Part shown: in pieces, positions 35,509 through 45,607 of the stretch
Layout of the letters: every line of letters begins with the position of its first letter
Numbering within the stretch: position 1 is the stretch's first letter
NCBI GenBank assembly: GCA_963762255.1
Contig: CAVXKA010000001.1
Coordinates: 864,001 to 928,000, forward strand
Length of the DNA stretch: 64,000 nucleotides
Source of the DNA: Candidatus Eiseniibacteriota bacterium
GTDB lineage: Bacteria > Eisenbacteria > RBG-16-71-46 > JABDJR01
Direction: 5' to 3'
Made by a program: the position numbers and the translations under genes
Notes under the pieces: generated by a model
Seen by the model: the letters and a program-made list of their open reading frames with translations, nothing else
What the model was told of the DNA's origin: nothing
The model's database searches: none

Positions 35509-38500
35509 GCGTCGCACTCGCGCCCGGAACTCCGATTCCCCCGTGGCGCCGGCCGCTCGAAGCGCTTCCCGCCCTGGGGGAGATTCTCGACGCCCTGGCG
35601 TCCCGCTCCCCTTCGCATGTGCACAAGCTGGTGGGGGCCTCCAAGGCGTTGGTCGCTGCCGAGATCGTTCGACGCACGGGCCGGCCCCTTCTCTACATCG
35701 TGGCGGGCGAAGAGACCGCCGACGCCGCGCGTATCGACTTCGAGACCTTTCTCGGCAAGGCGCCTTTCTATTTCGCCGAGCATGCCACCGCGCCCTACGA
35801 GGTGAAGGTTCCGCACACCGAGGTCTCCGCGGCGCGCCTCCAGACGTTGACGGCGCTGGCAAGCGGTGCCGCCGACGTGATCGTGGCCACGGTTCAGGCG
35901 ATGGGAGAGCGGGTCCCCGCACCGCATGTGCTGCGCGAGCACCTGGTGACGGTGACCGAGGGGCGGCCGCTGGATCTCGACGAAACGCTGGGCCGACTCA
36001 CGTATCTCGGCTACGACCGTTCGGCGGCAGTGGAAGAGGTCGGCGACTACGCGCTCAGGGGCGGCATCCTCGACATCTACTCGCTCGGCGGCGATAACCC
36101 GATCCGCATCGAGGTCGAATACGGGGAAGTGGCCTCGATCCGCGAGTTCGATGTGCGCAGCCAGCGGTCGCTCCGCGCCATGCCGAGCGCGGTCATCGTG
36201 CCGCGCTACGAGATCCTTCTCGACGAGGAACGTATCGAGCGCGCCGTGCGCGACCTGTCCGCGTCCGACTCCGACGCCGGGCGCGAGCTGGCCGGCGCGT
36301 TCGAAGTCGAGGTCTACCCTCCGGGTATCGAGCGCATCGCGGCCCGTCTGGGCCAGGAGCCCGCGTCGTTCCTGAGCTACCTTCCGGACGACACGGTGAT
36401 CGTGATCGAGGAACCGGGGCTGGTGTGGGCGCGCGCAGAGTCTCATTGGGAGAAGGTGCTCGATGCGCACGCGCGGGCGCGAGAGGTCTTCCCCCACATC
36501 AACGCGCCGTCCGAGCTGTTCGTCGATCCGGAGACACTGCAGGCGGAGACGGCCCGCTTCGCCCCGGTTCGATTCTCGGATCTCTCGCACGAGCCGGGGG
36601 ACGCGCGGCCGATCGTAGTTCGCTCCTCGCCTCCCGCCGCATTCGGGCGGCGCATCGAACTCTGGCGGAAGTACCTCGGCGAGCTGCTCGCGGACGGTCT
36701 CGACGTGACCATCCTTTGCGACAATGAAGGACAGCGCACGCGGCTTCACGAACTCCTGATCGAAGACGGGCTCGGAGTCCGGCTCGAGCTGGGAGTGATC
36801 TCGGCCGGGTTCGTGCTCGAAGAGGCGGGCCTCGCCGTTCTCACCGACCACGAATTCTTCGGACGGCCTCGGCGGCGCGCGCGCCCGCGACGGTTCAAGT
36901 CCGGCTTCGGGCTCAAGGAACTGCGCTCGCTCAAGCCAGGTTCCGCGATCGTGCACATCGAGCACGGGATCGGCAAGTTCCTGGGCGTCACCCGGCTGGA
37001 GGTGAACGGGCACCTCACCGACGTCTGCCAACTCGAGTACCAGGGAGGCGACAAGCTCTACGTCCCGGTGGATCAGTTGGACCTGATTCAGCGTTACGCG
37101 AGCGAGGAGGGGAAGAGCCCCGGGCTCTCGCGGCTCGGCGGCACCGGTTGGGCGAAGACCAAGGAGAAGGCCAAGCGCGCGATCCAGGAGATCGCGGGCG
37201 AGTTGGTGCGCACCTACGCGCTTCGCAAATCGCATCCCGGCCACGCCTTCAGCCCCGATACCCCGTGGCAGCGCGAGTTGGAGGGATCGTTCCCGTTCGA
37301 GGAGACCCCCGATCAGCTCCGCGCGGTGGAAGCGGTCAAGCAGGACATGGAGGCGCCGACGCCCATGGATCGCCTCCTCTGCGGCGACGTGGGGTACGGC
37401 AAGACCGAGGTCGCGGTGCGCGCCGCGTTCAAGGCGGTGCTGGGCGGCAAGCAGGTGGCGATGCTCGTGCCCACCACGATTCTCGCCGAGCAGCATTGGA
37501 ACACCTTCAGCGAGCGCTTCCGCGAATTTCCGGTGCGCCTCGACATGCTCTCGCGTTTCCGAACCGCGAAGGAGCGCGAGGAGATCCTGCAAAAGGCCGC
37601 CACCGGCGACCTCGATATGGTAATCGGCACGCACGCGCTGCTCGCCAAGGGCGTCCGCTTCAAGAACCTGGGGCTCGTGATCGTGGACGAGGAGCAGCGG
37701 TTCGGGGTGGCCCACAAAGAGCGCCTGAAACAATTGCGCGCGAACGTGGACGTGCTCACGCTGACCGCCACGCCGATCCCGCGCACGATGAACATGTCGC
37801 TCCTCGGCGTGCGCGACATCACGGTCATCCAGACCCCGCCCCAGGGGCGGATCTCGGTGCAGACCGACATCGCCGAGTTCGACCGGGAACTCATTCAGGA
37901 GGCGCTGCTCCGCGAGGCCGATCGCGGCGGGCAGTCGTTCTTCGTGCACAACCGCGTCGAGTCCATCCATACGATGGCCGTCTATATCCAGAAACTGTGT
38001 CCCCAGCTCCGAATCGCGGTGGGCCACGGGCAGATGGCCGAGCGCGCGCTGGAGCGCGTGATGCACGACCTCGTCCACGGGCGGATCGACGTCCTCGTCG
38101 CCACCATGATCATCGAGAGCGGGCTCGACATCCCGTCCGTGAACACGCTTCTCGTGAATCGCGCCGACGCGTTCGGCCTCGCCCAGCTCTACCAGCTCCG
38201 CGGCCGCGTGGGTCGCAGCACCCAGAAGGCGTTCTGCACCTTCCTGGTCCCATCGGACAAGGCGCTCAGCGAAACCGCGATGAAGCGGCTGCGCGCGATC
38301 GCCGAGTTCGACGAGCTGGGGAGCGGGTTCGCGCTCGCCATGCGCGATCTCGAGATTCGCGGCGCGGGAAACATCCTCGGCAAGGAGCAATCGGGGCACG
38401 TGGTGGCGGTGGGGTTCGAGATGTACGTACGGTTGGTGGAGGAGGCGGTGCGCGAGCTGCGCGGGCTCCCGCTGGAGGAGCGCCCCGAGCCGCGGCTCAC

Positions 38501-38936
38501 CACCGACGTCGACGCCTATCTCCCCGACGACTATGTGGTGGATGCGGAGGAGAAGGTGGCGTTCTACAAGCGCCTGGCCGACGCCACGGATGCGGAGGAA
38601 GTCGAGAGCCTCGCCGCCGAATTGCGCGACCGCTTCGGCCGGCTGGCCGCGCCCGCCCAGGGCCTGTTCGACCTGCGGTTGCTGCGGGTTCTGGGCGCGG
38701 AATCACGGCTCTCCTCGATTTCGCTCCGGGGGCATAAGATCGAGCTGGAATTCGCGGCGCCGCCGTCCCCGGAGGCGATGCGGGAGTGGATGAAGCGGAT
38801 CACCATGCCGGTAGAGTTCGCCACCAGCGGGCGGTTCGTGATGAAGGCGAAGGGGGGGCTGGCGGAGGCCCTCGATTTGGTGACCCGCCTTGCCGGACGT
38901 GAACCGGCTGCGGCGGCTGGAAAGGAAGCACGATGA
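35505..38936 (+). CDS. mfd: Transcription-repair coupling factor
   Basis: RGGILDIY, HIEHGIGKF, GDVGYGKTEVA, DEEQRFG, TATPIPRT, QLRGRVGR, TRCF domain; GTG 35505. Confidence 0.96.
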   Translation: MSVALAPGTPIPPWRRPLEALPALGEILDALASRSPSHVHKLVGASKALVAAEIVRRTGRPLLYIVAGEETADAARIDFETFLGKAPFYFAEHATAPYEVKVPHTEVSAARLQTLTALASGAADVIVATVQAMGERVPAPHVLREHLVTVTEGRPLDLDETLGRLTYLGYDRSAAVEEVGDYALRGGILDIYSLGGDNPIRIEVEYGEVASIREFDVRSQRSLRAMPSAVIVPRYEILLDEERIERAVRDLSASDSDAGRELAGAFEVEVYPPGIERIAARLGQEPASFLSYLPDDTVIVIEEPGLVWARAESHWEKVLDAHARAREVFPHINAPSELFVDPETLQAETARFAPVRFSDLSHEPGDARPIVVRSSPPAAFGRRIELWRKYLGELLADGLDVTILCDNEGQRTRLHELLIEDGLGVRLELGVISAGFVLEEAGLAVLTDHEFFGRPRRRARPRRFKSGFGLKELRSLKPGSAIVHIEHGIGKFLGVTRLEVNGHLTDVCQLEYQGGDKLYVPVDQLDLIQRYASEEGKSPGLSRLGGTGWAKTKEKAKRAIQEIAGELVRTYALRKSHPGHAFSPDTPWQRELEGSFPFEETPDQLRAVEAVKQDMEAPTPMDRLLCGDVGYGKTEVAVRAAFKAVLGGKQVAMLVPTTILAEQHWNTFSERFREFPVRLDMLSRFRTAKEREEILQKAATGDLDMVIGTHALLAKGVRFKNLGLVIVDEEQRFGVAHKERLKQLRANVDVLTLTATPIPRTMNMSLLGVRDITVIQTPPQGRISVQTDIAEFDRELIQEALLREADRGGQSFFVHNRVESIHTMAVYIQKLCPQLRIAVGHGQMAERALERVMHDLVHGRIDVLVATMIIESGLDIPSVNTLLVNRADAFGLAQLYQLRGRVGRSTQKAFCTFLVPSDKALSETAMKRLRAIAEFDELGSGFALAMRDLEIRGAGNILGKEQSGHVVAVGFEMYVRLVEEAVRELRGLPLEERPEPRLTTDVDAYLPDDYVVDAEEKVAFYKRLADATDAEEVESLAAELRDRFGRLAAPAQGLFDLRLLRVLGAESRLSSISLRGHKIELEFAAPPSPEAMREWMKRITMPVEFATSGRFVMKAKGGLAEALDLVTRLAGREPAAAAGKEAR

Positions 38937-40216
38937 AGCGATGGATGGGCGCGGCGATCCTTCTTGGAGCGCTCGCGATACTGACCGCGGGCGACGTGAT
39001 CGACCGCATCGCGGCCGTGGTCAACGATGAGGTGATCCTCCTCTCCGAGGTGGACGAGAAGCTCTTCATTCTCGACTCCCAGGGGCAGCTCGCCGGGAAG
39101 GACTCCAGCGAGGTCTACCAGGCCCGTCGCGACATCCTCGACCGGTTGATCGAGGAGCGGCTGGTGGTTCAGCGCGCGCGGAGTCAGGGAATCACGGTGG
39201 ACGCGCAGGAGGTGACGGCGCGAGTCGATGCCGCCCTCGAGCAGGTGAGGTCCCAGTTCCCCAGCGAGGAAGCGTTTCAGGACGCGCTACGCAAGGAAGG
39301 GATCAGCATCACGATGCTTCGCGAGCGCTACGAGAGCGACGTGCAGCAGGAGCTTCTGGCCCAGAAGATCGTGGGCCGCGAGATCCGGGGAAAGGTGGAG
39401 GTGACCGGCGACGAGGTGCGCAAGTTCTACGACGAGCACAAGGACGAGCTGCCGCAGAAGCCCGAGGAGGTCCATCTGGCTCACGTCGTGGTCTATCCGG
39501 GCGATCCCGCCATGGATCTGGCGGCGCGCGAGCGCATCGAGGCCGCGCGCAAGCGGCTGGCCGCGGGAGAGGCGTTCGAGACGGTGGCGGCCGCTCTCTC
39601 GGAGGACGCGTCCCGCACGCGAGGCGGGCTCCTCGGTGAGTTCGCGCCGGGCGACCTCGACCCCGATCTGGAATCGGCCATCGATACGCTCAAGACCGGC
39701 GAGGTCTCGGCACCGGTGCACACGCGATTGGGCTATCACCTGATCGAGGTGCTGTCGCGCGAAGGTGACCGCAGCAAGGTCCGGCACATTCTCGCCCGAA
39801 TCGAGCTCCGTCCGGCAGACCTGGCGCTGGCGCGGGGGAAGGCGGAAGCGGCGCTGGCGCGAATCCAGGGCGGTGAGGACTTTGCCGACGTGGCCAAGGC
39901 GGTGAGCGACGACGAGCTCACCCGCGACAACGGGGGCGACCTCGGGTGGACCCCCGTGCAGGCGCTCGTGCCCGCTATCGCCGCGATGATCGACAGCGTG
40001 GGGATGAGCGGCCTGAGCCCGGTCGTGGAATCGGACCGCGGCTACCACGTGTTCAAAGTGCTCAATCGCCGCAGCGGCGGGTCGTACGAGTTCGAGGACG
40101 TCAAGGATCGACTCCGCGGGTACGTCGAGCAGCAGGAGCTCGAGAAGGCCTACGACACGTGGATGACCGCGGTGCGGGATTCCGCCTACGTGGAGGTCAA
40201 GAACTGGGAGCGCTGA
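38933..40216 (+). CDS. surA: SurA-like periplasmic chaperone with two parvulin PPIase domains
   Basis: DRIAAVVNDEVILLSE; two S.D..GG.LG..GYH parvulin repeats. Confidence 0.85.
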   Translation: MKRWMGAAILLGALAILTAGDVIDRIAAVVNDEVILLSEVDEKLFILDSQGQLAGKDSSEVYQARRDILDRLIEERLVVQRARSQGITVDAQEVTARVDAALEQVRSQFPSEEAFQDALRKEGISITMLRERYESDVQQELLAQKIVGREIRGKVEVTGDEVRKFYDEHKDELPQKPEEVHLAHVVVYPGDPAMDLAARERIEAARKRLAAGEAFETVAAALSEDASRTRGGLLGEFAPGDLDPDLESAIDTLKTGEVSAPVHTRLGYHLIEVLSREGDRSKVRHILARIELRPADLALARGKAEAALARIQGGEDFADVAKAVSDDELTRDNGGDLGWTPVQALVPAIAAMIDSVGMSGLSPVVESDRGYHVFKVLNRRSGGSYEFEDVKDRLRGYVEQQELEKAYDTWMTAVRDSAYVEVKNWER

Positions 40217-40524
40217 CCGTCGAGCGCGACGCGGGAGGTGGAGAGGGCGGCGCCGGCGCTCTTCGCCTCGACGTGTTCCTCAACAAGGTGCGCCTGCTCA
40301 AGAGCCGCACCCTGGCCAAGGAAGCCTGCGATCGGGGCAAGATCACCGTGAACGGCGAGACGGCCAAGGGGTCGCGCTCCGTTCACCCGGGGGATCGCGT
40401 GCGGATCGATCTCGGTGTGCGTTTGATCGAGGTGGAGGTGCTGGAGGTTCCGGGCGGACAGGTCTCCAGGAAGGACGCCCGCGATCTCTATCGCGTGATC
40501 GAGGACCGACGGGTGGATCTCTGA
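40213..40524 (+). CDS. S4 RNA-binding protein (Hsp15/HslR-YabO-like)
   Basis: LRLDVFL..LKSRTLAKEACDRGKITVNG..K.SRSV.PGD; start codon uncertain. Confidence 0.8.
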   Translation: MTVERDAGGGEGGAGALRLDVFLNKVRLLKSRTLAKEACDRGKITVNGETAKGSRSVHPGDRVRIDLGVRLIEVEVLEVPGGQVSRKDARDLYRVIEDRRVDL

Positions 40525-40526
40525 CC

Positions 40527-42230
40527 ATGCCGCAACCGCTTCCTCTCTGGGTTCTGGGCGCCGTGTTGGTGGGGCTTTTCGTGCTCGCCTACCGGATCTA
40601 CGGGCGCCTCCTCGCTCGTCTGTTCGCGCTCGACCCGTCGCGTCCGACCCCGGCGGTGGAGCGCGAAGACGGAGTCGACTTCGCGCCCCTGCGTCCGTTT
40701 CCGCTCCTCGCTCAGCACTTCAGCGCGATCTCGGCCGCCGGGCCGATCGTGGGGCCCATCATCGCCGGACTCGAATTCGGTTGGCTGCCCGGGCTGCTCT
40801 GGATCCTTCTCGGCGCCGTCTTCATCGGCGCCGTGCACGACTTCTCGACGCTGATCGCCTCCGTCCGCCACGGGGCGCGCTCGGTGGCCGAGATCATGCG
40901 CGAACATGTGGGGACGCCGGCCTTCCTTCTCTTCATCTCCTTCATCTGGCTCTCGCTGGTGCTCGTCATCATCAACTTCACCGATGTCACCGCGCGGCTC
41001 TTCGTTCGGGGCGAACTGGACATGGGCGGGATCGCGGTCACACCGGGGCCGGGGGTGGCCTCGTCCTCGATGATGTACCTCGCACTGGCTCTCCTCATGG
41101 GGCTCGCGCTGACGAAGCTCCGGCTCGACATGAAGCTCGTCGGGCCCGTGGGCGTGGTGTTCCTCATCGCCATCATCGGACTCGGGCCGCATCTGCCGCT
41201 CCACATGCCCGCGGCGTTGGGCGCGCAGGGGGCTCTACGGGCCTGGATCGCCGTGATCCTCCTCTACTGCTTCTTCGCGAGCGTGGTTCCTCTTTCGCTC
41301 TTGCTGCAGCCGCGCGGGTTCCTCGGCGGGATCCTCCTATACGTCTTCGTGCTGGTGGGACTGGGCGGTCTCTTCTTCGGCAACTTTCACGCGGTCGCTC
41401 CGGCGATGCGCGAGGGGGGCGCGACGGGCCTGCCCATCTTCCCGTTCCTCTTCGTGACCATCGCCTGCGGGGCGTGCTCGGGATTCCACGGGCTGGTGTG
41501 CTCGGGCACCACCTCGCGCCAGCTCGCCCGCGAGCCGCACGCGCGGCCGGTGGGGTACGGCGGGATGCTTCTCGAGGGCGTGGTAGCGGTCATCGCGCTG
41601 GCCACCGTCATGATGGTGTCGCGATCTGCGCTTCCTCTCATGGCGGACGGGAAGAGCCCCGATCCCAACGCGGTTTTCGCCTCCGGGATCGCGAGCTTCG
41701 CGAACTCCGTGTTCAGGTTGCCGGGAGAGGTGGGCCTCCAGTTCGGGTTCCTGGCCCTGGCCACGTTCATCTACGACACGCTGGATGTCTGCACGCGGCT
41801 CGGGCGCTACCTCCTGCAGGAGCTCTCCGCCGCGATCTTCCGTCGCCCGCTCGACAAGTACACCGCCACCCTACTCACGATCGCGGTGCCGGGGGCGATT
41901 CTCCTGGGGGGCGTGGACTATCGCGACGCGTGGAAGGTGTTCGGGGCGTCGAACCAGCTCCTGGCCGCGCTGTCCCTGCTCGGGATCGCGGTGTGGTTGC
42001 GCCGCCGAGGCCGCACGCCCTGGTACATGCTCGTGCCCATGGTCTTCTTGATGGCGGCCACTGTGGCCGCGCTCATCGGCAACGCGGCCGACTCCGCGAA
42101 ACCCGACGTGCTACGCGTGCTGTCGGTGATCCTGCTCGCGGTGGCGGCGGCGATCGTCGGTCTGGCCGCGCGGCCGCTGATTTGGCCGGCGCGAGGGGTG
42201 CGCCGGTCCATGCTCGAGGAGGGAAGATGA
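40527..42230 (+). CDS. cstA: Carbon starvation protein A (peptide/pyruvate transporter)
   Basis: TPA..DGVDF, HFSAISAAGPIVGP, GAVHD, TIACGACSGFH, FGASNQLLA. Confidence 0.92.
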   Translation: MPQPLPLWVLGAVLVGLFVLAYRIYGRLLARLFALDPSRPTPAVEREDGVDFAPLRPFPLLAQHFSAISAAGPIVGPIIAGLEFGWLPGLLWILLGAVFIGAVHDFSTLIASVRHGARSVAEIMREHVGTPAFLLFISFIWLSLVLVIINFTDVTARLFVRGELDMGGIAVTPGPGVASSSMMYLALALLMGLALTKLRLDMKLVGPVGVVFLIAIIGLGPHLPLHMPAALGAQGALRAWIAVILLYCFFASVVPLSLLLQPRGFLGGILLYVFVLVGLGGLFFGNFHAVAPAMREGGATGLPIFPFLFVTIACGACSGFHGLVCSGTTSRQLAREPHARPVGYGGMLLEGVVAVIALATVMMVSRSALPLMADGKSPDPNAVFASGIASFANSVFRLPGEVGLQFGFLALATFIYDTLDVCTRLGRYLLQELSAAIFRRPLDKYTATLLTIAVPGAILLGGVDYRDAWKVFGASNQLLAALSLLGIAVWLRRRGRTPWYMLVPMVFLMAATVAALIGNAADSAKPDVLRVLSVILLAVAAAIVGLAARPLIWPARGVRRSMLEEGR

Positions 42231-42901
42231 CATCGAGGTATCGCATCGTTCTCGCCGCCGTCGCGATGGCGGTGCTCGTTCTGTCTCTCAAGCACGGTGA
42301 CGGTGTGCGCGCGGCATCTGCGGCAGCGTCCGCCTCGGATCGGGCCGCGGGGCCGGCGGCGGGGACCGCGGGGCCGGTGACCACCGCCGCCGATTCCCTC
42401 GCGCTCGATCGGGCCCGCGGCGCGGCCAAGGCACTGGGCCAGGATCTCATGGGCGCGCTCATGACCGCGCTCGATGCGGGCGGCCCCGCCGAGGCGATCT
42501 TCTTCTGCGCGGACTCCGCGCAGGCGCGCACCGCCCGTTTCCAGGCCGAGGGGCTCACCGTGCGGCGCGTGAGCGCGCGGCTTCGTAATGCGGCCAACGC
42601 GCCGGATAGTCTGGAGGTCGTCGCCCTGGAGCTTCTGGCCAAGCGTCACGCGGCGAAGGATCTGCCCGGAGAATTGGCCGAAATCCGTCGCGGCGCGGAC
42701 GGCGTGCGTACGCTGCACTACGTGAAGCCCATCCTGGTCGCGCCGCCGTGCCTCACCTGTCACGGGCCCGCCGACAATCTCTCGCCCGACGTGCGGGAAA
42801 TGGTCATGCTGCGCTATCCCAAGGACGACGCCACCGGCTTCAAGGCGGGAGATCTGCGGGGAGCGATTTCGGTTCGCGTGCGCGTGCCCGAGGCGCGCTG
42901 A
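42227..42901 (+). CDS. Exported DUF3365/Tll0287-like c-type heme protein
   Basis: Signal peptide; RRVSARLRNAANAPD; CLTCH; YPKDDATGFKAGDLRGAISV. Confidence 0.8.
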   Translation: MTSRYRIVLAAVAMAVLVLSLKHGDGVRAASAAASASDRAAGPAAGTAGPVTTAADSLALDRARGAAKALGQDLMGALMTALDAGGPAEAIFFCADSAQARTARFQAEGLTVRRVSARLRNAANAPDSLEVVALELLAKRHAAKDLPGELAEIRRGADGVRTLHYVKPILVAPPCLTCHGPADNLSPDVREMVMLRYPKDDATGFKAGDLRGAISVRVRVPEAR

Positions 42902-42939
42902 CCGCGGATCCGGCGGGCGCAAAACCCTGGAGGGACCGT

Positions 42940-43638
42940 ATGAAACGCCTCGTCCTCTTCACGATCCTCGTCCTGGGATGGTCGGCGGCGCTCGCGCTTT
43001 CCGCCCCCGCGGCCGACACGATCCCCGCTTCCGAGGCGGCCGGGCACGTGGGCGAGACAATGACCGTCTGCGGCACTGTGGCCGGCGCGGCGCACTTCGA
43101 TCGCCTGCGTGGCGAGCCTACCTTTCTCAATTTCGATCGCCCTTACCCCGCGCAGAGCTTCACGGTGGTGATCTGGGGCGAGAACAACCGGAAGTTCGAG
43201 CGGCCTCCCCACCAGTTTTTCGCTGGCAAGGACGTTTGCGTCACGGGGACCGTGGTGACCTACAACGGCAAACCGCAGATCGAGGTCCGAGACCCCGCGC
43301 AGATCACGGTCACCGCCCCGCTTTTCGACGCGGACCGTTTCAGCGCCGAGGAGCGTGTTCTCTTGAAGGCGCTTCTCTCAGGGCTCGGGCATCCTGCCGA
43401 CATCGGCAGCGCGAAGTGGGACGCGGAAGCCGATCAGTCCCTCCGCGCTTTCCAGCAAGGGGCCGGACTGGAAGCGGAAGGGGAGCGGAGCCCGCAGACC
43501 CTGCGCGCGCTGGCCGAAGCGGTGGAGCGCCTCCCGGACGAGGAGAAGACGCGCATCCTGCGGCTCGTGCTCCTCAACCTCGCTCAGCGCGAGGAATCGG
43601 CGGCGGCGAAGGAGAAATCGGCGACGACGGGCAAGTGA
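42940..43638 (+). CDS. Exported OB-fold protein with C-terminal peptidoglycan-binding-like domain
   Basis: Signal peptide; VCGTV..PTFLNFDRPYP..FTVVIW..VCVTG..YNGKPQI; then LSGLGH..LRAFQQGAGL..G..QTLRAL. Confidence 0.65.
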   Translation: MKRLVLFTILVLGWSAALALSAPAADTIPASEAAGHVGETMTVCGTVAGAAHFDRLRGEPTFLNFDRPYPAQSFTVVIWGENNRKFERPPHQFFAGKDVCVTGTVVTYNGKPQIEVRDPAQITVTAPLFDADRFSAEERVLLKALLSGLGHPADIGSAKWDAEADQSLRAFQQGAGLEAEGERSPQTLRALAEAVERLPDEEKTRILRLVLLNLAQREESAAAKEKSATTGK

Positions 43639-45077
43639 TCCGAGGCGACCGCGGTGTCTTCCCGATGGAGACCCGCGGCCGTGAGGTAGTCCTCGGGGAG
43701 ATCCGGCGTCCAGAGCACGAAGCTGCGCGCGAGGCGCAGCGCGCTGTCCGAGTAGACGATGTAGTCGAGCCGGCCCGGCGCGAACGGCCCATCGACTCCT
43801 CGCCAGGTGTAGGCCTCGGTCCCGGTGAGGTGATAGGGCATGGCATCGGCGAGCGCGGTGCCGTCCCAGTCCGGAGCAGCGGAGACGCCGAACGTCGCGC
43901 TGTCCGAGATCGCGCCGGCCAAGAGCGTCCGCAACTGTCGCGACTCCCCAACCAGGTTCATGTCACCCGCGATCACGATCGGGGTCCCCTTCGTGAGCCG
44001 CCCCGAGGCCCGAGCGTCGCGCACCCACGCCGCGATGGCGTCAAACTCTCGCCGCCGTCCCGCGTCATCGTCGCAACAGGGCGGGTGGGGGTTGATGACG
44101 AGCATGTCGCCCGCAGGAGCCTCGACGAGCGCCCAGCTCCCTCGCCCGGCTCTGCCGACCGGTCCCGAATCGCGGATCGGGTAGCGGCTCACGATCGGCC
44201 CCTGGCCGCTTCCCGCGGTGTGCCACGCGGATCCGGGGAGGATGCCCGCGATCAACGCGCGCGTCTCTTCCAGCGAGTGGTTGTAGATCTCCTGCAGGCT
44301 CAGCACATCGGGATCGAGCGCGCGCAGGATGCGGCGGAAGGGTTCGGGCCGCTCGAAACAGCCGTCGAAAAGGACGTTGTACGTAACGAGGCGCACGTGC
44401 TCGGGGTTGTCGCGTTGCAGTGAACGCGGCGCTTCCACACACGCCGGCTGGTTCGATAGCGCCAGCGCGAGCCGGCCGGTGGAGAATCCGGGCCGCTCAT
44501 TCGTGTCGCGGCTCTCGACACGCAACACGAACGCAAGCGAATCGCCCGGCGCGAGCGGTGCTCCGGCGACGGAGATCGTCCGGTCGAAGGACACCTCGAA
44601 GCGTGTGGCGGAGACGGTCGGGGCCTGGCGCAGGCCGATGGCGGATGGGGTGACGGTCAGCGGAAGGCCCATGACGAAGACGTGCCCTGTCTTCTCTCCG
44701 AACGACCAGCGGAGGTCGGCGCCGATGCCGTCCACGGCGGATCCCGTCGTCGCGGCGACATCTGTGTCCAGGTATAGGACGATACCGCTTTCGCGCTGGA
44801 TAATAATTTCTTCCGGAAGCTCAAAGCCTACCGCGATGCGATCCCGGTCGCCGCGGGCCCAGACCCGGGTGAAGGCGGCGGGTGCGGCCTCGAATAGGAG
44901 ATCGCCGGCCGACCAATCGTCGAAGCGCCCATCGATGACGATGTCGCTCGGTCCGGCGCCCGCGCTCGGTTCGGTCCCCGCGCCCAGCTCGGTGTCCGCG
45001 TTTAGGCCCGCGCCCGCCGGCAGCGCGAGCCACAGCGCGGCGAGGAAAAACGCGACGATCGCCGGGTTCCCCTTCAT
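43584..45077 (-). CDS. Exported endonuclease/exonuclease/phosphatase (EEP) family protein
   Basis: Signal peptide; VTYNV, SLQE, AGDMN, RLDY, ASDHLPV. Confidence 0.88.
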   Translation of the reverse strand: MKGNPAIVAFFLAALWLALPAGAGLNADTELGAGTEPSAGAGPSDIVIDGRFDDWSAGDLLFEAAPAAFTRVWARGDRDRIAVGFELPEEIIIQRESGIVLYLDTDVAATTGSAVDGIGADLRWSFGEKTGHVFVMGLPLTVTPSAIGLRQAPTVSATRFEVSFDRTISVAGAPLAPGDSLAFVLRVESRDTNERPGFSTGRLALALSNQPACVEAPRSLQRDNPEHVRLVTYNVLFDGCFERPEPFRRILRALDPDVLSLQEIYNHSLEETRALIAGILPGSAWHTAGSGQGPIVSRYPIRDSGPVGRAGRGSWALVEAPAGDMLVINPHPPCCDDDAGRRREFDAIAAWVRDARASGRLTKGTPIVIAGDMNLVGESRQLRTLLAGAISDSATFGVSAAPDWDGTALADAMPYHLTGTEAYTWRGVDGPFAPGRLDYIVYSDSALRLARSFVLWTPDLPEDYLTAAGLHREDTAVASDHLPVVADFSFAAADSSR

Positions 45078-45574
45078 CGCGCGACGGACTGCTTCCGGGA
45101 GAGGTTCAACGCGTCCTCGGCGCGGCGGATCACCAGGGGACCGTCGTTGTAGGGCGCCACACGCACGTCTGGATACGCGCGGACCTTCTCCAGAATCTCA
45201 TCGGTCGCAGCACTGAGCAGCTCCTCGCAGAGGTCGTACAACCCGCCGGTCTCCTCCTCGAGCCGGTTGTGCGGTTCCAGGATGGATCGCAACTCGCCCA
45301 CGATTGCGGCATCGGGGGACGCCACCAGGAGGAGCGCGATGGCGCCGTGATCTACTCGCAGCCGAGGCGCCAGCGGCAGCGGTTCGCCGCCGCGCGCGCG
45401 GCGCGCCGCCGGGAGGAGGATCTTCTCTTCCCACGCGATGTGGCGGAGGATCCCCTTGCGGAAATCGGCGTAGGCGGCCTCGTCGAATGCGTCGGGTACG
45501 GCGACGGCGCGGCGCAGGAGTGCGTCGAGGCGCTCGTGATCTTCTGTGAAGAAGTGGCGAATGGGTCCCGGCAT
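45074..45574 (-). CDS. Hemerythrin-domain protein
   Basis: DHERLD, HIAWEE, DHGAI, HNRLEE metal-ligand pattern. Confidence 0.8.
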   Translation of the reverse strand: MPGPIRHFFTEDHERLDALLRRAVAVPDAFDEAAYADFRKGILRHIAWEEKILLPAARRARGGEPLPLAPRLRVDHGAIALLLVASPDAAIVGELRSILEPHNRLEEETGGLYDLCEELLSAATDEILEKVRAYPDVRVAPYNDGPLVIRRAEDALNLSRKQSVAR

Positions 45575-45607
45575 CGAATCCCCCTGCGGCCGAGTTTCCG
45601 AAAACGA

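Noticed and set aside
35418-38399. 993-aa minus-strand ORF
   Set aside because: Antisense shadow of mfd.
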